Of a stretch of 32,000 nt of DNA, positions 8,645 to 18,106 are shown in pieces. Source of the stretch: Candidatus Saccharimonadota bacterium (GTDB taxonomy: Bacteria > Pseudomonadota > Alphaproteobacteria > CAJXXZ01 > 1604HC); contig NZ_CP043316.1 of the NCBI RefSeq assembly GCF_008189405.1, positions 150,001 through 182,000 on the forward strand. The letters run 5' to 3'. The first letter of the stretch is position 1, and each line of letters begins with the position of its first letter. Both the position numbers and the translations under genes were made by a program. The notes under the pieces are model-generated. The model did no database searches, was not told the origin of the DNA, and saw only the letters and a program-made list of their open reading frames with translations.

Positions 8645-8987
8645 ATAATCTTTGCAGATGATAAAATACCTGCAATATATATTACATAAAATCATTTGAT
8701 ATATTTATAAATTGAATTTACATGACAATTTGTTTTTATATAATATGATTTGTTTCCTATATGAAGCATGAGAATTATTACTTGTTTATATATAATATGA
8801 ATTATATCTTTATATAATTTTGCTTGTTATATTAATATCATTATTGTTTATATCATTCATGAATTATTCATAAAAATATTAGTAAAAAACTAATAATTAC
8901 TGTGTATTGTCAAATTATATAATAAAATCAATGTTTTTTTGATAAATCTATAGACTTTTTTGTCTTTTATATTAAAATATATTGGTG

Positions 8988-9060
8988 GCCTGGATAGCTC
9001 AGTCGGTAGAGCAGTAGATTGAAGATCTACGTGTCGCTGGTTCGATTCCAGCTCTAGGCA
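8988..9060 (+). tRNA. tRNA-Phe (anticodon GAA)
   Basis: Cloverleaf folded by hand. Acceptor GCCTGGA/TCTAGGC (one G-U pair). D arm GCTC-AGTCGGTA-GAGC. Anticodon arm GTAGA-TTGAAGA-TCTAC. T arm GCTGG-TTCGATT-CCAGC. Discriminator A. Near-identical in layout to E. coli tRNA-Phe. No encoded CCA. Confidence 0.95.
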
Positions 9061-9073
9061 AAGGGAGTTTTTG

Positions 9074-9235
9074 ATGGCAAAGAAAAATGATTTAGGTTTG
9101 ATTGCTTTAGTAGGTGATGGATATTTTGCTGTAAGAAAAAAAACTGGTGGAATGAAAGGGCTAAAGCTAGAATTAAAAAAGTATAGCCCTAAATTGAGGA
9201 AACACGTTATTGTAAAAGAAAAGAAGTTAAAATAA
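9074..9235 (+). CDS. rpmG: 50S ribosomal protein L33 (53 aa; below the ORF-track size cut-off)
   Basis: Hand translation: MAKKNDLGLIALVGDGYFAVRKKTGGMKGLKLELKKYSPKLRKHVIVKEKKLK. The C-terminal half aligns with E. coli L33 [32 protein letters not shown] at 9061-9067. No Cys residues (Zn-independent type). Confidence 0.85.
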   Translation: MAKKNDLGLIALVGDGYFAVRKKTGGMKGLKLELKKYSPKLRKHVIVKEKKLK

Positions 9236-10011
9236 TCATAGCTTCTATCTTATTATGATAGTTATATAAATTTTTCTCTTTTTTCATTATGGTGTATATT
9301 TAGTTGCTAGTTGTAGTATATGTGTTCTCCAATTATTTTATTCTATATAATATTTGAATAAAGTAATTTTGTATATTTGTATATAAATTATATTTACAGT
9401 TTAATTAAAAGGTGCATATATAAATATATTTAATATAATAGTTTTGATTATATAGTATGATTTCAGCATAATCATAGGTAATGTTTGCTAGTTTTTATTA
9501 GTATTGCAAGTGATTTTTCAATTTAAAATTGGTGTTATTCTGATAGATGGTTGATTTGATAGCAAAATATTATAGAAGTGTATTACATTAGAATTATATC
9601 AATCAGTATACAAGCTTATATCTTCAATGAAGGACATTGGATTTTTATGAGATAAATGTACATGTTATTTTCTTAATGGCTTGTGTTTCTAGTTTATTAT
9701 AATTTATAGGTATGTTTGGTTTGCTATTTATTATAAAATTTGTTGTTATTATATTTTCATATAAAATGCATTTGCAATTAATTGTATTGCATCTTCTATA
9801 AATAATTAATTTTACCTTACATCACTGTATTTTATTTTGCACTAAATTACTACACAGGATTATATATAAATAATTTTCATATTTCTCCATATTTTGATTT
9901 GTTATTATGGTGTTTTATTTATGATTTATTCTTTTCTAATGTTGTTATTATTTGAATTCATATTCTGTGTTGAATCACATCCTATATTCTTATATATGTA
10001 AATTTGTTAAT

Positions 10012-11652
10012 TTATATATTTTCAACAGGTTGAGTGTTTTGTATGTCTTCTATATCATCACTATCATCTGTATCTTCATTTTCGCCAATATCATTTTCAT
10101 CCACGTGCTCATTATTTTCATCATCTATATCTTCATCATCTCTATTAATTATGTATGATTCATCTTCCCAAGTGACTCTTCGAAAACTCATGATAATATC
10201 TTCAATTCTTCTGATATCACGTTTGCTAAACCTTTCATCAAAGAAATCCATCATCTCATCAGCACTTAAATTGGCCAAATCTTCGTCTGTCAAAATTCCA
10301 TTTTGTGCTAGTACTGAAACCTCTTCAATTAGAAGGTTATGATCAATATCAGAGCTAATTTCACTTCCTAGATCTTTCGCTATTTTTTGATGCTTTTTCA
10401 TATGCTGAGTATATGCTCTATCAATTATGCTTTGTATGCCTTCATAAGATAATGTAATGCCCTCAATTTCTTCAATATCACTAACTGTAGAGTTTTTGAT
10501 TACTTCTAATGAAGTAATTCCATTTTCTATGAATAATTCAATATTTTCTTCATCTAGCCCGAATTCTGTAAACTCTTTTCTTGCTTCTTCAGCAATACGT
10601 TTTGTTTCCTCAGCATGCTCAGTCTCAGATGAAATCTTCAACCTACACCTAGCTAGTTTTCTTGTTAATCTAACATTTTGACCATCACGACCAATTGCAA
10701 TGTGCATGTAATCATCCTTTACAATTAATTCAAGATCAGCATCCCCCTTAACAACAACTTTCACAACTTCTGCTGGGTATATAGAGTTCATTACTAAAGT
10801 CACAACATCTTCAGACCAATGGATAACATCAATCTTTTCATCGTTGATTTCTTGCATGATTGTTTTGATTCTAAGCCCACCTTTACCGATACATGATCCA
10901 ATTGGATCGATATCTTCATCAGTTGAGATTACAGCAACTTTTGCTTTGCTTCCTGGCTCTCTTGAAATTCCTTTTATGAAAATTGATTCATTGATTTCTG
11001 GGATAGTCTCTTCAAAAAGGCATTCTAAAAATCCTGGATGCTTTCTAGACAAAAAGATCTGAGGGCCTTTTTCATTATTTTTTACTTGATATATGTATGC
11101 TTTGATTTCTTGATGCATTTTGAAATGTTCTTCTGCAATTAATTCTGAGGATGGTAAGTATCCTTCTCCAATTTTCAAATCTAGAACTACATTACCAAAT
11201 TCAAACCTTTTGATTTTTGCAGATACAATTGTACCTTCTTTGTGTTCAAATGATGCAAATTCTCTTTCTTTTTCAAGTTGAGAAATTCTTATATGAACTG
11301 ATTTTCTTACAGCTGATGCTGCAGTCCTCATAAAAGGCATTGAAGTTAAGTTTCCAGATTCTAAAAGCTCTTTTACATGATCTCCGATTTGTGAATCAGG
11401 ATTCTGTTTTAATGCATCTTCTAATGAAATTTCATAAATATCTTCAGGATTTTCAGATACAGTTTTAATCGCGTAAGTAGATATGCATCCACTATCAGGG
11501 TGTATTTTTACATCTATTGGAATGTTTCCTTTGGATTTTCCAATAACTTCTTTAATAGCATCTTCAACTACTTGTAATAATAAACTTATATCTAGATTTT
11601 TTTCTCTTGATAATTCAAACAAACTATCGATTAATGCATCATTTTTAGACAT
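10012..11652 (-). CDS. nusA: Transcription termination/antitermination factor NusA with an acidic C-terminal tail
   Basis: N-terminal domain (ELSREKNLDISLLLQVVEDAIKEV), S1 domain (GTIVSAKIKRFEFGNVVLDL), two KH domains (DPIGSCIGKGGLRIKTIMQEI; IAIGRDGQNVRLTRKLA). The tail is DDEDIDDENNEHVDENDIGENEDTDDSDDIEDI. Confidence 0.95.
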   Translation of the reverse strand: MSKNDALIDSLFELSREKNLDISLLLQVVEDAIKEVIGKSKGNIPIDVKIHPDSGCISTYAIKTVSENPEDIYEISLEDALKQNPDSQIGDHVKELLESGNLTSMPFMRTAASAVRKSVHIRISQLEKEREFASFEHKEGTIVSAKIKRFEFGNVVLDLKIGEGYLPSSELIAEEHFKMHQEIKAYIYQVKNNEKGPQIFLSRKHPGFLECLFEETIPEINESIFIKGISREPGSKAKVAVISTDEDIDPIGSCIGKGGLRIKTIMQEINDEKIDVIHWSEDVVTLVMNSIYPAEVVKVVVKGDADLELIVKDDYMHIAIGRDGQNVRLTRKLARCRLKISSETEHAEETKRIAEEARKEFTEFGLDEENIELFIENGITSLEVIKNSTVSDIEEIEGITLSYEGIQSIIDRAYTQHMKKHQKIAKDLGSEISSDIDHNLLIEEVSVLAQNGILTDEDLANLSADEMMDFFDERFSKRDIRRIEDIIMSFRRVTWEDESYIINRDDEDIDDENNEHVDENDIGENEDTDDSDDIEDIQNTQPVENI

Positions 11653-12013
11653 CTTTTACCTTGGCTTTCTTATCTATTCATTGTAAGGTATAAATCAATT
11701 CTTAGAAAGTATAATATTTGCATGATATAAGAGAGATATTTCTTTGATTTTGATGATTTTCTCTTTGTTATATGCCTATGCAATATGCTTTATATTCATA
11801 TTTATTATAGTAGTATATTCAACAAATTCACAGCAAATTTATAAGCAAGTAGCTCATAGTAATTTAGCAATAAGTAATAAGATTAAATTATTCATTGTTT
11901 TTTATTGCATTTTATTGATTTGTTAAGAAAATTCGTATAATATCACATTAGGATTGATGTGTATTAGTGATCTTATCATTTTACATATTCAAAAATAAAA
12001 AGGGAGACATATT

Positions 12014-12451
12014 ATGAAATCATTTTTAACTTTAGGTTTAGTAGTATCTGCATTTTTACTTTCTGGTTGTGATAATCACGGTAAGTCATATTGTAGTAAG
12101 AAAGCCGCAGCTCATATGAAAAAAGAATCTGGTTGCTTTACAGTACATTTTGGTCATGATAAGAAAGATTTAAATCATGCAGCAAGACATGACTTGGATT
12201 CTTTGATTGTATGGATGAAGAAAAATCCAAAATCATCTATTTGCTTATCAGCTCATGCAAGTGCTGTTGGAAATGTAAATTACAACATGAGACTTTCACA
12301 AAAAAGATCTAATTCTGTTAAAGAATATTTGGTAAATCATGGAATTTCTGAATCAAGAATTGAAGGAAAAAGCTATGGTGAGTCCAAACTTCCTGCTGGA
12401 AAAGGTCATGCTTCTGACAACAGAGTTGTAATTATTACAAAATACTCTTGA
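12014..12451 (+). CDS. pal: Peptidoglycan-associated lipoprotein (OmpA-C-like domain)
   Basis: SD AGGGAG. Lipobox LLSGC. OmpA-like block ICLSAHASAVGNVNYNMRLSQKRSNSVKEYLVNHGISESRIEGKSYGESK aligns with E. coli Pal [31 protein letters not shown]. Ends with a TGA stop. Confidence 0.8.
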   Translation: MKSFLTLGLVVSAFLLSGCDNHGKSYCSKKAAAHMKKESGCFTVHFGHDKKDLNHAARHDLDSLIVWMKKNPKSSICLSAHASAVGNVNYNMRLSQKRSNSVKEYLVNHGISESRIEGKSYGESKLPAGKGHASDNRVVIITKYS

Positions 12452-12712
12452 AGTAACCAAAATAATTAAGTCATTCAATCGGATGATTTTTAATTTTCCA
12501 TAATATCTTTTATGGTTAATTTTTAATTTTTCATTAAATTTTTTGCTAAGTATATTTATGATGTTGAGTGCATATTGCTAGTAAATAATTTGCACTTATT
12601 GCATATGATTATTCACTTAAATAGATATGACATTTTTATTTACACATATGATAAATTATCAAAACTATTATAGTTTTTCAAAATATTTTTTATGATGTAG
12701 TATTATAATATA

Positions 12713-14038
12713 ATGAAGGTTGGGAAATTTGTTTGTAAGGAGTGTCAGGCTTTTTATGCAAAATGGATAGGTAAATGCGATGCTTGTGGTGCATGGAATA
12801 GTATAGTTGAAAATGCTACTCAAAATCGTGCAGTTAATATATTAGAATTAAGCTCTTTAACAGGAGATGCTCAGCCAGTAGAAAGATTCAAGACTAAAAT
12901 TTCAGAATTTGATTATGTATGTGGTGGTGGTATAGTACTTGGATCTGTGATTCTAATTGGTGGAGATCCAGGAATAGGAAAGTCTACGCTATTACTACAA
13001 ATTAGTGAAGCTTTTAAAAATCAAAATGTGATCTATGTATCTGGAGAAGAATCGATTGAGCAAATAAAAATACGTGCAGATAGGATGAAATTACAGTTAG
13101 ATAATCTGAAATGCGCTTATGGAACTAATTTGGAGCAGATTTTGTATACATTGGATAGTGTGAAAGCTGGAATTGTAATGATTGACTCCATTCAAACTAT
13201 GTATGATGCATCTTCTGATACAACACCTGGAAGTGTAGCGCAGGTTAGATTATGTGGGAACAAGTTGATTCAATGGGCGAAAAATAGTGGTGTTCCTTTG
13301 ATTATTATTAGTCATGTTAATAAAGATGGTATTATTGCAGGACCAAAAGTGCTTGAGCATATGGTTGATACAGTATTGTATTTTGAAGGTTCAGATTCTT
13401 TTAGGATTTTACGAGCAATCAAAAACAGGTTTGGATCTACGAATTCTATGGGTATATTTGAGATGCGTGATAAAGGTTTGGTACCTGTCGACAATGCATC
13501 TAAATCATTCCTGAAGAATAGATCGATTATTCATGGATCATGCATTTTTCCAGGAGTGGAGGGGAATAGGCCTCTCTTAGTTGAAATACAATCATTGATT
13601 TCAAATTCATATTTGCAAAATCCTAGACGTGCAGTTGTTGGTTGGGATGTACAGAGATTGGCTATGATTTCTGCAGTTTTGGAAAATCAATGTAAGATTA
13701 TTTTATCTGGAAAAGATATTTACTTAAATGTTGTTGGTGGAATTAGATTGCTTGAACCAGCATCAGATCTTGCAGTAGCTATTTCCTTATTATCATCTTG
13801 GTATAAGATTGCAGTACCAAATAATTGCATTGCGTTTGGAGAAATTGGATTGTCAGGTGAGATTAGACCTATTTCTCATGTGGACCAAAGGTTGAAAGAG
13901 GCAGATAAGCTTGGCTTTACTTCAGCTTGTATTCCAAAGGGATCTGAATTTTCTTATGATATGAAAGTATTGAAATTTGCACATATTAAGCAAGTACAGG
14001 CTTGGATGCGCGAACAAGCAACAATGGAAAACACATAA
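12713..14038 (+). CDS. radA: DNA repair protein RadA (Sms)
   Basis: N-terminal Zn finger CKECQAFYAKWIGKCDACGAW. Walker A GGDPGIGKST. RadA motif KNRFGSTN. C-terminal Lon-protease-like domain (GEIGLSGEIRPISHVDQRLKEADKLGF). Confidence 0.95.
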   Translation: MKVGKFVCKECQAFYAKWIGKCDACGAWNSIVENATQNRAVNILELSSLTGDAQPVERFKTKISEFDYVCGGGIVLGSVILIGGDPGIGKSTLLLQISEAFKNQNVIYVSGEESIEQIKIRADRMKLQLDNLKCAYGTNLEQILYTLDSVKAGIVMIDSIQTMYDASSDTTPGSVAQVRLCGNKLIQWAKNSGVPLIIISHVNKDGIIAGPKVLEHMVDTVLYFEGSDSFRILRAIKNRFGSTNSMGIFEMRDKGLVPVDNASKSFLKNRSIIHGSCIFPGVEGNRPLLVEIQSLISNSYLQNPRRAVVGWDVQRLAMISAVLENQCKIILSGKDIYLNVVGGIRLLEPASDLAVAISLLSSWYKIAVPNNCIAFGEIGLSGEIRPISHVDQRLKEADKLGFTSACIPKGSEFSYDMKVLKFAHIKQVQAWMREQATMENT

Positions 14039-14321
14039 TATACAAACTTGATTGAAAATAGCATTCTAATCTGTAAGTTTTGCTTGCAAAAATCCATTTT
14101 TATCTTCAGTGATTTATGATAGAAATTTATTAATATTACTTAACACTTATTACAAGAAAGTATAGATTTTCTAATTTTCATAAATTTCTGATATTAATAA
14201 ATTATGCTACGATTTATTTCCTGTAGTTTGTGTATATGCATACATATGGTTTGTATATTTGAATAAAACTTTCTACTAAGTGGTTGTATAAATTTTGGTG
14301 ATACTGCACTTAATTTATACC

Positions 14322-14996
14322 TTATTTCATTAAATTAACGGTGAATCCAACACTTGCTCCAAATTCTTTTGGTGGTGTGATCGATATTATTGCACTACCA
14401 GTTTTTAAGGAGATATTTGTATAGTATTTTATTTTTGCTTCACAAAACATACCAAATATGTCATTTTTTCTATAATGTAATCCTAAAGCTGATCCAAAAC
14501 CATTTGTCCAAATACCCTTTATATTACTATGCTTCGTGTAACCGTTATACCTTTTGAGATTTGAAAATAACTTTCCATATGCAGATAAGTTATTTTTTAT
14601 ATGAAATCTTAAAAATAACCCCATAGATAAATCTATGAATGATTTTAATTGAAACTGGCTCTTAGAAGAAGTGTTGCTAGCATCATCTGTCATGGTTAGA
14701 TCTTTATATTGGTCATGAACATCTACACCAATACATCCACCAATGTTTTTATTGGCCATTATAACACCTTCTAATGACATATGCATATTGCTCATGAATG
14801 CATCTTTATGATTTTTCATTGATATAATTGCTTTTTGTCCTAGTGCTGATACTTTCAAATCTGTAAGTCCTTGTGCTCCAACTCCTACCTTCAAATATGC
14901 ACGATCATATTTACCTGTACATGTAGCAGTATTTGTTTTGCTGTGATTAAATAATGCGCAAACCATTACTGCAATTGCTATTTTTTTATTATTCAT
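14322..14996 (-). CDS. Outer-membrane beta-barrel surface protein, paralog 2 (tandem pair member)
   Basis: Signal-like MNNKKIAIAVMVCALFNHS. Shares long collinear blocks with ORF 15239..15925 (HMSLEGVIMANKNIGG vs HLSLGSIIMATKHIGY; TNGFGSALGLHYRKN vs TNGFGAALGVHYKKN; ITPPKEFGASVGFTVNLMK vs ITPPKEFSTSIGFIVNMLK). Confidence 0.55.
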   Translation of the reverse strand: MNNKKIAIAVMVCALFNHSKTNTATCTGKYDRAYLKVGVGAQGLTDLKVSALGQKAIISMKNHKDAFMSNMHMSLEGVIMANKNIGGCIGVDVHDQYKDLTMTDDASNTSSKSQFQLKSFIDLSMGLFLRFHIKNNLSAYGKLFSNLKRYNGYTKHSNIKGIWTNGFGSALGLHYRKNDIFGMFCEAKIKYYTNISLKTGSAIISITPPKEFGASVGFTVNLMK

Positions 14997-15238
14997 GAAT
15001 GTACACTATGCAATAAAAGTTAATATGATATTAAATATAAAGCATAGAATTTATGTATAATCTCAATTATTTTTAGCAGGTAGAGATTAATCTTATGGAA
15101 GTATAATTCATGCTATTCAGAAGTTAATGGTTTATGTATTTCGGGTATGTTCATGTGGTGTATGTGCCTAATGTAGGTAAAAATATAATAAATTGCAGCT
15201 CATGTAGTATAAATAGTGTATGTAACTCAAGTATGAGA

Positions 15239-15925
15239 TCAATTGTGTTTCTTAAGCATATTTACTATAAACCCTATACTTGTTGAAAACTCTTTTGGAG
15301 GTGTGATTCTACTATTTTCTTCTCTATCCCATTCTAAAGGGATAAATTTCTTCATTTGCACTTCCCAGAAGATTCCACATTTCCTATTTTTTTTGTAATG
15401 TACTCCTAAAGCAGCGCCAAACCCATTTGTGCAGAAAGCAGAATTTGATATATTATTATGATCGTATCCTTTCAACACTTTCATTTCATATTTCTTGAAT
15501 GATAAGGATAGCTTTGTATATATGAACAAGTTGTGTTTTATATTGTGCTTAAGAAACAATCCATGAGATATGCAGATAAATGATTTTAAAAATGCTATAT
15601 TAGTTGGAGTATTTTTTTGTATAATCTCTCTTTTTTGATTGTGTATATTAGATTCAATATAATATCCAATATGTTTGGTAGCCATTATAATACTTCCAAG
15701 AGAAAGATGCACATTATTGCATATTGTATTTACCCTTTTCCTCATTTGTATATGACTTTGTGGAGAATCGAAAAATTGTTTAGGATGTGTTAGTCCATAC
15801 AATCCAATTCCAAATGTGCAGCAAACTCGATCTGATAGAGAATGAGAACTGTAATCAGAATCAGAATTAATGCTATAGTAACTGAATAAATATATTATTG
15901 ATGAGATGGCTATCACATGGTTCAT
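15239..15925 (-). CDS. Outer-membrane beta-barrel surface protein, paralog 3 (tandem pair member, more divergent; possibly decaying)
   Basis: Collinear similarity to ORF 14322..14996 (see that entry). The N-terminus MNHVIAISSIIYLFSYYS is a poor signal peptide with no basic n-region. Confidence 0.45.
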   Translation of the reverse strand: MNHVIAISSIIYLFSYYSINSDSDYSSHSLSDRVCCTFGIGLYGLTHPKQFFDSPQSHIQMRKRVNTICNNVHLSLGSIIMATKHIGYYIESNIHNQKREIIQKNTPTNIAFLKSFICISHGLFLKHNIKHNLFIYTKLSLSFKKYEMKVLKGYDHNNISNSAFCTNGFGAALGVHYKKNRKCGIFWEVQMKKFIPLEWDREENSRITPPKEFSTSIGFIVNMLKKHN

Positions 15926-16039
15926 GCCTTCGATTATATATAATATATAGGTATGTGTAAATTATAGGATATAATTTTCATTAACTTGATGTTAACATTA
16001 TACTGTTAGAATTATAATAAATTCAAAGAGGGTGAAAAA

Positions 16040-16582
16040 ATGTATTATAAATCTTTTGATTTTATCGTGTTGGTTGCAACATCTTACTTTGTTGTATCAG
16101 GGTTGATAAGAGGATTTTTCGGAGAAATAACAAAAATACTTTCAATTGGGATATCAATAGCTGTTTCTGTATTTGCAATGTTGAAATTTTGTATGTTGGG
16201 GAATAAATTAGGGAGCGTGGCATATTATTCATCTGTTTTTGGTGTTCCAATTATAATATTTCTAATTGTAGGTTATATACTGCTAGGTATCTCATCCAAA
16301 CTGAGCAATATGATTGGCAAAAGTCATTTCCGAAGTTTAGATAGATTTTTAGGAATAATATTAGGGTTAATAAAAATTTTTATATTAGTGGTTTTGTTTA
16401 TTAAAATATCTGATGAGTTTTATCCAGATTTTACTCAATATATAGAAAAATCCATTGTATATAAATGGGTATCTTCAAGCCATGTAATTGCTAAATATAT
16501 TAATAATATGCTTATGAATGCTTATGATTTTATAGGCACTTGTTTTGATAAATTAATATGTTGTTTTACAAAACAGAATTAA
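16040..16582 (+). CDS. cvpA: CvpA-family inner-membrane protein (colicin V production protein family)
   Basis: SD GAGGGTG. About 180 aa with four hydrophobic spans. N-terminus FDFIVLVATSYFVVSGLIRGFFGEITKILS fits the CvpA signature (D-x-I...G-x-x-R-G-F). Confidence 0.7.
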   Translation: MYYKSFDFIVLVATSYFVVSGLIRGFFGEITKILSIGISIAVSVFAMLKFCMLGNKLGSVAYYSSVFGVPIIIFLIVGYILLGISSKLSNMIGKSHFRSLDRFLGIILGLIKIFILVVLFIKISDEFYPDFTQYIEKSIVYKWVSSSHVIAKYINNMLMNAYDFIGTCFDKLICCFTKQN

Positions 16583-16693
16583 ATATAAATGGCATTAAAT
16601 CATAATTGTTATATTCATAATTACACTATCACTGAATATATTTGATTGTAATATGATTGTTGTGGAAATTCATGATATATATACAATATAGGT

Positions 16694-17419
16694 ATGGATC
16701 CAGTAGCTTTTACAGTCTTTTCTATCAAAGTACATTGGTATGGAATAGCATATTTTACTTCGTTTTTAATTGTTAATTACTTAACAATACGCAGATTGTC
16801 ATATATATATAGTGCAAAACATATAGAAAAAGCATTGTCTTTTGCATTTTTAGGAATGATTATAGGTGGAAGGTTAGGGTATATCATGCTATATGAGCCT
16901 AGCAAGTTATTAAATGTAATGGAGGCAATTGCAATATGGAATGGTGGAATGGCTGCTTATGGTGGGTTTATAGGTGGGATTAGTTTTCTATATTTTAAGT
17001 CTAAATTATATAAAATTAAGATAATTGATATGTTAAATACTTTGGCTTGCTATATGCCAATAGCATTGTTTTTTGGAAGAGTTGCAAATTGGATCAATAA
17101 TGAAATTCCTGGCAAAGTGCTATATGATAATGCTCAGAATATCATTTTTCATCATCCTGTGATTTTATACAGCATATTATTTGAGGGAGTTATTTTGTAT
17201 TTTCTAATTAATTTTAAAAATAACTTAAGACTGAATAGCATTACAGAGAGCAATTTATTTTTCATTTCATACGGGGTTATACGATTAGTATTAGATTATT
17301 TCAGAGCAGTAGAATCATCTATGTTTTACTGTTTAACGTATGGGCAGGTATTTTCCATTATGATGATTATATTTGCTGTGATTATGCATCATTATAAATC
17401 AAAACTATCTACAGATTAG
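16694..17419 (+). CDS. lgt: Prolipoprotein diacylglyceryl transferase
   Basis: Lgt signatures present: DPVAF...HWYGIAYF, IIGGRLGYIMLYEP, GGMAAYGGFIGG, FGRVANWINNEIPG. Confidence 0.9.
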   Translation: MDPVAFTVFSIKVHWYGIAYFTSFLIVNYLTIRRLSYIYSAKHIEKALSFAFLGMIIGGRLGYIMLYEPSKLLNVMEAIAIWNGGMAAYGGFIGGISFLYFKSKLYKIKIIDMLNTLACYMPIALFFGRVANWINNEIPGKVLYDNAQNIIFHHPVILYSILFEGVILYFLINFKNNLRLNSITESNLFFISYGVIRLVLDYFRAVESSMFYCLTYGQVFSIMMIIFAVIMHHYKSKLSTD

Positions 17420-17928
17420 ACAGTACTATATAAATTAATTTTGGTTATATATAGCTTAAGTTACAGAGGAGAAAAGTACTTATGTTGTTTGTGCAGAAAA
17501 ACTATACTATTTATACAATATATTTATGATATTAGTTTTGGAATATGTCGCATATACATTATATAGATTTTTATAGTCGATTAATTATTTTGCTGAAATT
17601 GTATTTAATGTTTGATAAGAAAAAAATCAATTGACTGTTAGCTTTTATATTGAACAATGTATTATTATGAATATTAGATTAAAACAGATTTATATAAGTT
17701 AAAAAAAGTTTTATTAAGGTTCATTATCAAGTAGTTATTTAATTAGGTGATTATGCTTTCTTACCAAAAATAAAACTATCCATAAAAGTAGAATATAATA
17801 CACAATAAATGTATGCATAAACAAGAGTAATAAAATAAGTAATAATTCGAAATGGAATATAATCACATAGCAATAAAATAATTGTGTTCACAAATTATAT
17901 ATTGTATAGTGATAATTAATAATTACAT

Positions 17929-17973
17929 AAAAAAATCCCAACAACCCAGTTTGAAAAACAAAATTGTTAGGAT
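17929..17973 (-). terminator. Rho-independent terminator-like hairpin, distal copy (inside repeat copy 1)
   Basis: Minus-strand RNA would be AUCCUAACAA-(19 nt loop)-UUGUUGGGAU followed by UUUUUUU. The 10-bp stem has one G-U on the minus strand, versus a C-A mismatch on the plus strand. The 19-nt loop is long for a terminator. Confidence 0.5.
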
Positions 17974-18061
17974 GAAAATTTAACTAAGAAAATAATCACA
18001 TAGCAATAAAATAATTGTGTTCACAAATTATATATTGTATAGTGATAATTAATAATTACAT

Positions 18062-18106
18062 AAAAAAATCCCAACAACCCAGTTTGAAAAACAAAATTGT
18101 TAGGAT
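18062..18106 (-). terminator. Rho-independent terminator-like hairpin, proximal copy, about 56 nt downstream of the surface-protein stop codon
   Basis: Same sequence as 17929..17973, shifted by 133 bp. It is correctly oriented and positioned to terminate the minus-strand gene 18162..18830. Confidence 0.55.

Noticed and set aside
4343-8987. Idea that the orphan-gene segment is a genomic island integrated at tRNA-Phe
   Set aside because: The segment lies on the 5' side of the tRNA, whereas integrases target the 3' end. I found no integrase or transposase and no direct repeat of the tRNA 3' end. rpmG follows the tRNA immediately on the 3' side.
9952-10158. 68-aa Ile/Phe/Tyr-rich ORF; similarly 11744..11926
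   Set aside because: This is a translation of AT-rich spacer, partly antisense to the nusA 3' end. It has extreme hydrophobic low complexity, no SD and no motif.
10034-11686. Four plus-strand ORFs (10034..10342, 10457..10681, 10844..11062, 11483..11686), very Ser-rich
   Set aside because: They are antisense shadows of nusA. The poly-Ser runs are the reverse reading of the Glu/Asp-rich codons of NusA.
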